DNA from: Octopus vulgaris
Taxonomy: Eukaryota
Length of the DNA: 64,000 bases
Assembly: GCA_951406725.2 (NCBI GenBank)
Contig: OX597818.1
Coordinates: forward strand, 1,054,001-1,118,000
Direction: 5' to 3'
Under the pieces are notes generated by a model, which worked only from the letters and a program-made list of their open reading frames with translations, was not told where the DNA came from and made no database searches. This document shows positions 54,966 to 64,000 of this stretch, one piece after another (position 1 is the stretch's first letter; each line of letters starts with the position of its first letter). The position numbers and the translations under genes are program-made.

Positions 54966-56236
54966 TTAGGTCATCCCATAAGTTCTGTCCGATTTTACCT
55001 TTTTTAAGATTGAATGAAATTTAATAGTATTTTAGAATGTCTAATGGAATTAAAAATTACTTTTATGCATTTGTGTACATTGAAAACTAATTAAATATTA
55101 TTTTACGGAATAATAGAATTAAAATTTCTTTAATTAAAACTCTTTATAACATGGAAGTATCCAAAGAGCATTTAAGGCACATAATGGTTTATGAGTACAA
55201 AAAAAGGAAACTCTACAACCGAAGCGACTCGAAACATACACTCAGTTTATGGGAAAGAATGCTTGAATGAAAGAACTTGCAGAAGATGGTTTACAAAATT
55301 CAGAAGTGGAAATTTCAGCCTTGAAGATGAATATCGAACAGGACGTCCAGCTGAGTTTGATGATAAGCCCCTTGAGGCATTATTTGAAGAAAATCTTGCA
55401 TTATCATTTGAAGAATTGGCAATAAAGCTTAGTTCAAACCATACAACTATTCATCGTAATCTTCAACAACTTGGAAAGGTTTCTAAATTTAGAAAATGGG
55501 TGCTTCATGAATTGCCCGAAAGCAACCGCAAATCCCAAGTTGACATCTGCTCTTCTCTCCATTCTCACGACTGTATTTTACCCATTTTGGATAGACTAGT
55601 AACTGGTGATGAAATATGGATCTTCTATCGAAATGTTATACGTCGTAAATAGTGGCTTGGTAAAAGGGAAAAAGCTCAATTACAACTGAGAATGGAACTT
55701 CATGGGAAAAAAGGTTCTTCTCTCTATCTGGTGGGATTGCAAAGGAGTAATTCACTTTGAATTGTTACCACTTAATGCAACAATCAATACTCAAGTCTAT
55801 TGTCAGCAATTAGAGCGTTTGTATCAAGCTTTGAAGAAAAATGGACCCGTTTTAGTGAATCGAAAAGGAGTGATGATTCATCAGGACAATGCGCGACCCC
55901 ACACTGCAAAGATCACATCAGAGAAGATCGAAGAGCTTGGTTGGGAAATTTCTCATCCACCTTATTCTCCCGATCTTGCTCCTTCAGACTACCATTTGTT
56001 TCGTAGTTTACAGAATTATTTTGCAAGCCGAGAGGAGGTCAAAACTGACATTTCAGAGTTCTTCGCTTAGAAACCAAAAGAGTTTGACATTGATGGTTAC
56101 AAAGCTTGTAAATAGCTGGAAGGAAGTCATAGATAATCAGAGAAAGTACATTGATGATTAAATTTCAATTAAATATTACATATGATCACTTGTTTTCTTT
56201 ATTCAAAATTCGGACAGAACTTATCGGATGACCTAA
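54966..56236 (+). mobile_element. mariner (DD34D) transposon, full length but defective
   Basis: TIRs ttaggtcatcccataagttctgtccga / tcggacagaacttatcggatgacctaa with TA TSD; WVLHEL, VTGDEIW, HQDNARPH, YSPDLAPSDY; stops and frameshifts. Confidence 0.95.
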
Positions 56237-56521
56237 TATATCTAGAAATCCGTCAGTATCCGTAGAGTATATTCAAAACTATAAATAAGAGGAGGTAGAT
56301 TAAATATGTTGTAATACATATCTCTGCAACTGTTTCAATACATCATTATCCGCTGTTCATTGTTGAATATTACATATATTATAAACAACATTGCGTTAAT
56401 GTCACTCAGCAAATAGTGGTATGCGCATTATGCATTTCCTCAAGTGAGTAGAGTAAAATGCTGTTAGATCACATACATTTATACATACATACATGCATAC
56501 ATACATACATACATACATACA

Positions 56522-56544
<23 letters not shown>

Positions 56545-56553
<9 letters not shown>

Positions 56554-56762
56554 AAGCATTCAAAATGTGACCGCGTGTCGATTTTTTTCCTCCGTCTTCC
56601 CTTCTCTGGATCTTTCCTTTTCCTATGTTTTTGACGAAGAGCTCCGCTCGAAACGTTAGACCCCACTTCTTCCCTTCCTTCCTGAGCGTCCAATAATACT
56701 ATATTTGTTCCACGTCCTCGCGTTGTTGTGTTTTCTCTTTGTGTTTTCATGGTTGGATTAAC

Positions 56763-56765
<3 letters not shown>
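56545..56765 (+). mobile_element. Solo PLE pseudo-LTR-like fragment with degenerate hammerhead
   Basis: tTGACGA-aGAGC tcc GCTC-GAAACGTTA near 56631-56658; flanked by (TACA)n. Confidence 0.5.
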
Positions 56766-56794
<29 letters not shown>

Positions 56795-56796
56795 CA

Positions 56797-56827
<31 letters not shown>

Positions 56828-59122
56828 CAGTGAAAAATTCCGACATCAGAAGCGAATAACCGAGAGAAGAACAATAAACAAAAAATTTAACCGGAACCAG
56901 GCAGCAGTATACAGAGACATGAGAGGAGGGCAGTGAACATCACAGAAGCTCCTTCACAAGAAGAATTAGACTCCTTCTGGAGGAAAACCTGGAGCGAAGG
57001 GAAGGAGTTTCATCAAGATGCTCTGTGGCTGGTACAAGAAGCTAACATTCTAACGATTATATCTTATCAATCTCTACCAGAAAGCTCTCAATGGGAACAG
57101 TAGCATACCACACTGGTGAGCGCTGGCAGAGACAAAATTGATTCCCAAATGCAGAACCTGGCAATTGCATGCCAGAACTTAATGTATAAGATATATATAA
57201 CATGCTTAAAACTCTTCCTCCAGGATCATTGTGAAACATCACCACAGCAGAAAAGGAAGCTGAGAAGAAGAGAGTCTTGGGATGTCCCGAGCAATTGTTA
57301 ATCAGCAAAACTGTTCTGTCAGGGGTGAGAGAGCGTAGAAGGAACCTAGTTTCTATGTGGCTAGACTATAAGAAAGCCTTTGACTCTGTTCCCCACTCAT
57401 GGATGCTAGAAGCCTTCAACATGTTAAAGGTCCAGTGAGCATAGTCAATGCCATAGCTGACCTGACTTCATCGTGGGCCACCATCTTGAAATTAAACACA
57501 AAGACTGACTGTATTGTCACTAAGAGAATACAGTATCGCAAAGGCATATTTCCAGGGGACAGCCTCTCTGTGATGTTGCTTATACTTTCTGTAGACCCCT
57601 TGTCATTCATGTTACGGAAGTCTGAAGGATATCTCACTAGCTCACAAGGAAATAGAAACACCAAAATTACACACTGTTTCTTTGTGGATGACTTGAAACT
57701 TTATGCGAATAATATGCATGAGATGAAAAAGATTGACCAAGTTACAACTATCTCAAAGAATGTAGGGTTGGAGTTTGGTAAGGATAAATGTTATATGATT
57801 GTGAAAAGGGGAAAAACTATAAACCAGACTAGCAACATCTCCATTAATGATTTGACTGTTTCGCCTATATCTGACGAGAAATATTACATGTGGATGAAAA
57901 TGTTACAGGTGGATGAAAACATATCTTACATTGGCACCTGTAGCAAAACATATGTCACTAAAGAATATTACGGCTGAATAAAGAAAATTTGGACCTTAGA
58001 ACTCTGCATTCAATAAAACAGAGGCCCACATGTGTTTGCAGTGCCAGTACTCATACCAACATTCGGGCTGCGTGATTGGAAGCTTGATGAGATCCGAGCC
58101 ATTGATATGAAAACCTGAAAAATACAAACAAGCACACATAATTTTCAAATAAACAGTGACGTAGACCGCTTCTACCTAAAACGAAAACAAGGCGGCAGAG
58201 GTTTAATTAACATCGATCCAAAATACCTTTAAATGTCATATCATATCCCTTCGGCAACATCATTTAACCACCAAGTGCCGAAGCGCATCCCTTAACCAAG
58301 TTTGCATACATGAAGCTGATAACATCATAAGACTTGGAAGGCAGCTCCTTGAATAACATTCATTGTCTGATAACCTAGAATACATGCCCAAAGATGTCGC
58401 ACGACTCTACCGCAACGTATCATCAGATGAAAGGATGAGCCTGTATGAGCAGAAGACTATGCATGGATATGTTAATAGAAAACTTCGAGATGATAGTAAT
58501 ATTGATCATCAAAGCAGTCTATCATGGATCAATAGCCGGATTACTACCCCATACTTTGAAGGTCATGCGTTTGCAATCCAGGAACAGGAAATATCAACCA
58601 AATACCTGATGCACAAAAGGGATAGAGATGCAGAAAAAGCAGTAAAATGTGACAACCGATGCAGAATTTGAGGAGCTCACACTAAAGATATCACCCACAT
58701 CATAAACAGGTGTCCGAAAATGTCATCTACCGATGAGATATGATGTTGTAGCTAGGACACTCTATAATGAAATCCGTGGGAAAGATAACCCTGGAGACAA
58801 AGAAATAAGAACCCGCTGTATGGTAGAAGCGATAGCCACTCATGATAAAAAGGAATACTGGCGGAATGTTCCACTGAAGACCTTAATAAAATGTATAACA
58901 ACAGATTTGATATAATGATTTGGAATAGAGAAGAGAAACTGAGTACAGTTGTGGAAATTAGCTTCCCCCGGATGTTAACATAAAGCTGATGATCAGCGAA
59001 AAAGAAAATACCTACGCTGATCTATTGAGAAATCTGAAGTTACTCTATCCAGATTACAAGTTCAAGTTTATACCTGTAAGTATTGGGGCCCTGGGATATG
59101 TAACACACTGCCTAAATACCAA
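56828..59122 (+). mobile_element. R4/Dong-like LINE (second family), decayed RT plus RLE
   Basis: WLDYKKAFDSVPHSW, GIFPGDSLS, FVDDLKLY, KQGGRGL, FAIQEQEISTKY, CRI..H..C, PVSIGALG; begins at a (TACA)n array. Confidence 0.88.
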
Positions 59123-59179
59123 GGAATTCTTGTGTATCTTTTGAATGTATCATTTTTAATATTAGCGTGTGTGTTTGTG

Positions 59180-59680
59180 TTATTCTAAGGCCGTGGTGGA
59201 TATGTCGTTTGTTGTAGATGCGTTCAAAAGAGGTCTGTATTTTGTAATAATAGTCTCTTTACTAATTCGTTGGCTACAGGCTGTATAGTCCCTGAATTTG
59301 TAGAGAGGAAAAATTCTGAAGCTTGGATTTTTGTTATTGGCGCAAATGTCGATGTGTTGGCTGAATGCTATATTTCTGTTTTTGGGAATTTTCATCTGGG
59401 ATCTGTGCAGAGCCATCCTTTGACGTAGACTGTTTTTCGTTTGGCCTATGTATTGCTCTTGACACCCAGAGCAGGTTAGTGCGTATATCAGTTTCTCCGA
59501 AGCACATGTGAAGCTGCTTTCCCCCGTGAAACGTTGTCCCTGTTCACAGTGAAGGAGAACTCTGATCCCTCAATTAAATTGACGCATATCCCACAGTTGG
59601 GTCTTCCACATTTTTTTACTGACGGCTTCTGTGTTGTTGAGTGTATTCGGGCTTGTATTAGGATACTTTTCATAGAATAA
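59180..59680 (-). pseudogene. Neptune-like PLE GIY-YIG fragment
   Basis: KKCGRPNCGICVNLIEGS, IYALTCSGCQEQYIGQT, HIDICA..FPLY; homologous to 17727-18200. Confidence 0.85.
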
Positions 59681-60229
59681 TACCTACGCAAATAAATACC
59701 ACAAAATAGAAGAGACATGCATACATACTAAACAAAATAGACAGCGAAACCCTTTTAGTTCCAAGATGCAATCGAAAATGTAGATTATTTCATATTTCTG
59801 TGTAAGATATCACACATGTGATTAACAGCTGCCAAAATATGTTATCAAAGTACTACTTCCCTATGCGACTCGACGCTGCCGCGAAAACAATATACAATGT
59901 CATTCGCAAAAAACAAAACAAAAAAAAGAGAGAATCCACCTGTTATTGAATATGAACACAAATATCAGCACAAGGAATACTGGGTGAACGTTCACATCAA
60001 AACATTTGTCAAGTGAAAGCATAAGAGGCCGGTAAAGAAGTAAAAAGCATGTACCGCCATAGAGGCCAGCTGTCCTGCTAATGTGAATATCTCTTTGAAA
60101 ATCAAAAAGAAAGATTATAACCATGGACAAATGTCCATGGTTATAATCTATATCCGAATTAAAAGTTTACACGTATTTCAATAATAAATGGTGTACCTGG
60201 TTTTGTAAGTAAATGCCTAACTGCCAGTC

Positions 60230-60830
60230 AGGATAAGCTTGGATTATCAGAAAAAGAAAGCAACCAACTTATTCGCACATTACAAATAAGCGAAACAGTA
60301 AAACTATGCAAGACTTTTCTCAGGTTTAAAATGTGACATTGTTTTTATTATCTACATTTCAACAATGGATCTTTGTGTCTTTGTTAGAAAGCAGCTCCTT
60401 CTTCAAAGGGAGAATTTAAATGATTAAAAACAGAATAGAACATACATACATATACATGCATGCATACATACATACATACATACATACATACATACATACA
60501 TACATACATACATACATAGAGAAAAACGACATCTATGGACCATTGACAAGGACTTTGCAAATTCAGTACCCAAGATTCTCTTTCGGCTTATTTATTATCA
60601 GAGCAACTAGATACATACCTACCCGTCTAGAGCAAAGTATAGCTGAACTTGAGATGTTAGGGAGAGAATGTAAATCCTTAATTCATATGCGACAAAAGAT
60701 CACGATATCTGGGACTATAAAAATCTGCAATACCTTCTTAAAATTTAAAGCATGATAGTTAAAACAAGACGCTTTCCTTTATAACTTTGCGACCAGTCTA
60801 AATTTATTTTAAATTAAAAGAGAACATACA
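60230..60830 (+). mobile_element. Two short 3' ends of RLE LINEs, each followed by (ACAT)n
   Basis: SETVKLCKTFLRFKM* and SGTIKICNTFLKFKA* C-termini, each with a short UTR ending gaacatacatac. Confidence 0.65.
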
Positions 60831-61552
60831 TACACAAAGATATATTTACACACACGCACATATATGCATATATGCATATGGTAAGTTCTTTACTTCTATG
60901 GTTAGTTAATCATCAGATAGTCAGGCTAAACAACAAATATCTATGGGAAACATGGTGTGACATTATTAAGAATCTGTTTAAGAAATGTTAAAATATATAT
61001 AAATATATGTTACGAATATGTAATTGAAAATATAAATAAATACAAAACTCACGCTTAGAGAGATGGACAGAGTGAGAGAGGGAAAAGGAAAGAGTGAGGG
61101 AATGAAAGTCTAAGAATGGTAGGTGGTATTTTGCAGCCATTAAGGAACCACATAATCTTCAGGATACGAGACATGAAGGCGACCAGGCGAGAGCTTACAA
61201 AACAAAAGGAAAGAGAAAACAGTGATGGGGCTTAGGCTGGAAGAGCCGGCCACCCTCACAGGTTTCTGAGCAACAACGTAAAGTCAGACTATTGCAGTAA
61301 AATATTGCAGTGAGAAAAGAGGGTGGGTGGGTAAAGGAATGTGGAAAAAGGGAAGAGGAGGGTGTGAGAGAAAGTGAAATATGTTCAACATTTTGTCCAA
61401 CAAGAAATATATTGTAACAACGTAAAATCCCACCAAAAACACGGAAAGAAGAGAAAATTAAGTTTCAAACTATGAAAAAGAAGTTAATGACAACAATAAG
61501 GCAACAATATGGTAACGATATGTGTATGCGAGCGCGAGTGTGTGTGTATGTG

Positions 61553-61596
<44 letters not shown>

Positions 61597-61850
61597 TGTG
61601 TGTATGCATATACACATAGAAAGAGATATGGTAAATGTGAAGTAGACGTATACAAATATATACGTACACACAGAGATATGTACACATATACATACATGCA
61701 TATAATACATATTTTTCATTTTTTTTTCATTTTATCTAGTTTCAGCTCACGAGCTGTGGCCATGCTGGGGCACCGCCATTATGTTTATGTGTATATGCAA
61801 ATATATATGTATATACTTTTGATATGCATATGTGTATATACTTATATTAT

Positions 61851-61910
<60 letters not shown>

Positions 61911-61959
61911 GGAAAAAAGTCAAGGTAGAAAATGCTCAAATAATTTTAAAAAAACATTT

Positions 61960-61996
61960 CAGTACCGGTTTCAGCCATTGAGACTTTTTTCAACTG
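61960..61996 (-). ncRNA. Minimal hammerhead-like motif, U3:A8 variant
   Basis: cag-TTGAAAA-(a)AGTC tcaat GGCT-GAAAC CG GTA-ctg; one extra A and only a 3-bp stem I. Confidence 0.45.
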
Positions 61997-62206
61997 TAAG
62001 TATGGAAAACAATTAAATTTTGGAAAAATTAAATGAAAAGTTTTTTAAAGGAATATTTGCATAGTGTTCAAATACAAGGGACATTGTCCTTGTTTCTGCC
62101 AGTCTTTGTTTCCTTTTGTTACTCTTGTGGGTTCGAGGTCGTTGTGAATTCTTGGCAAAGAAGAAGAAGAAGAAGAAGAAGAAGAAGAAGGAGGAGGAGG
62201 AGGGGA

Positions 62207-62530
62207 ATGCTGTGGGAAGAGAACATCGCTAATACAGAGCGATGGAAGGAGAGGAGGTAATAGAAGAGTGCAGGGAATAGGGATGGGCTGTCGAGTAATA
62301 CGACTTGGCAGTTGGGGCGAGAGGCTTCATTGAAAGGAAAATGGCGACGCAATTTAAAAGAAGATTTGTTTTTTCGAGCGCTCAGTTGAGAAAATTAATA
62401 AGGATGATACAGGAGGCAGTCGAAAAGGCCAGCTTCTATATATGGCTGAAATGAGAAGATTCGAAATAGCTCGAAAGCCATAACGTGCCGACTGAGAAAT
62501 AGCGTCGCCAGGTGAAACTGGCTGATACTT
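62207..62530 (+). pseudogene. HERO-like RLE LINE C-terminal fragment
   Basis: WEENI..ECR..GW..AVGARGF..EAVEKASFYIWLK resembles the PWEE / VGxRGF / AExASxWLW pattern. Confidence 0.6.
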
Positions 62531-62539
62531 AAACCCAAA

Positions 62540-63730
62540 ATCTGACATAGAAAGGCTATATATATAACGTATAGAAGGTGGTAGAGGCCTTATACAGCTA
62601 GAAAACTAATATAAAATAACCACCATAGGACTGCAAAAATACCTACTTCAGAAGCGAGGGGAGCTAATACAAATAGCCACAAAACACGAGCAAAACAAAA
62701 AACTGTATTTAAGGAAGCTGACAAATACAAACAAGAGATCATACTACCTAACAAATATGAAGAAGAAGAAGAAGAAGAAGAAGAAGAAGAAGAAGAAGAA
62801 GAAGAAGAAGAAGAAGAAGAAGAAGAAGAAACAACAAAGGCTATAAAACAAATGAAATCCAAACTAAAACTAGAACAGCAACGGACCATAATAAAACGAT
62901 GGCAAGAAAAGCCGGTTCATGGCAAATACTGGGCTAAACTAAATGCAAAAGAAATAGACAGAGAAAAATCCCAGCAATGGTTGAGAAGCTCATGACTCAA
63001 AGCAGAGACTGAGGGATTTTTAATTGCAGAAATTAACAAAAACATAATGAAAAGAAACATAACAAGTAACTGCAGAATATGTGGAGATGGACAAGAAACA
63101 ATAAATCATATTATCTCTGGCTGCTCAGTCCTGGCTAAGAAGGAATATATTCTCAGACACGACAGAGTTGGGACCTACATAAACTGGAAGCTATGCCAAC
63201 ACTATGGAATAACAACAGAAAAGAGATGGTGTAGGCACACTCCAGAAAAGGTCACAGAAAACGAGAAAACAACCATACTTTGGGATATGCCTATACACAC
63301 AGATAGAGAAATTAAGGCCAATAGGCCAGATATAGTTGTTAAAGATCATGAAGAAAAAAATGCTTTCTAATTGATGTATCAATACCAGCAGATGACAACG
63401 TTTCTCTAAAAGAAATGGAGAAACTTTCAAAATACAAAGACCTGGAAATAGAGGTAACTCGAATGTGGAATCTAAAAACAGAAACAATTCCTATCATAGA
63501 AGGCGCATTAGGTATGATAAAAAATATTCAGACAAATACATAACAAAAACACCAGGACTTACAAATATATATAACATACAGAAAATTGCACTACTAGGCA
63601 CTGCACACATACTACGCAAAACACTTTTAATACAGTAACCATAAGAGCATCACAGCAAACACATACCCAAGGCACACAGAGCTGCGCTCGGTAGTGAAGT
63701 GAAAGCACGCTATAAAAATAAAACTACTGA
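62540..63730 (+). mobile_element. R4/Dong LINE 3' half (CCHC plus RLE) with (AAT)n tail
   Basis: EGGRGLIQLE, CRICGDGQETINHIISGC, RHDRV, ILWDMPIHTDREIKANRPDIVV, KYKDL, GALG; internal (GAA)n expansion. Confidence 0.92.
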
Positions 63731-63757
63731 ATAATAATAACGATAATGATGATAATG

Positions 63758-63865
<108 letters not shown>

Positions 63866-64000
63866 TAATATGATAATAATAATAATAGTATAGAAAAATT
63901 ATATTTAATAATATCGAAAAGAGTTGTTTATAATTGTAGAGAAAGCTAAAAAAAGTAAAGTTAGATATTTGTGTAGTGTAGGGCAGATAACAATTAAGGG

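Overview
This window is repeat-dense animal DNA, most consistent with an octopus or other coleoid cephalopod, judging by the SINE families, abundant R4/Dong LINEs, Penelope-like elements (PLEs) and microsatellites. No prokaryotic operons, rRNA, functional tRNA or CRISPR arrays were seen. Most short ORFs in the track are microsatellite artefacts. Transposon content: PLEs (Neptune-, Poseidon- and Naiad-like), R4/Dong and HERO-like LINE fragments, Tx1-like LINEs, a maT-like and a mariner transposon, MITEs, a non-autonomous Helitron and two tRNA-derived SINE families. There is one host-gene candidate on the minus strand. Exons 40665-39702 and 21186-20918 join in matching phase across an 18.5-kb intron and encode a ~410-aa secreted precursor with furin sites that I do not recognise. 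The main hidden signal is a set of type I hammerhead ribozyme motifs in several unrelated repeat families. These include retrozyme-like monomers of 357 nt and 494 nt and a recurrent U3:A8 core variant. One PLE instead ends in a tRNA-like module.
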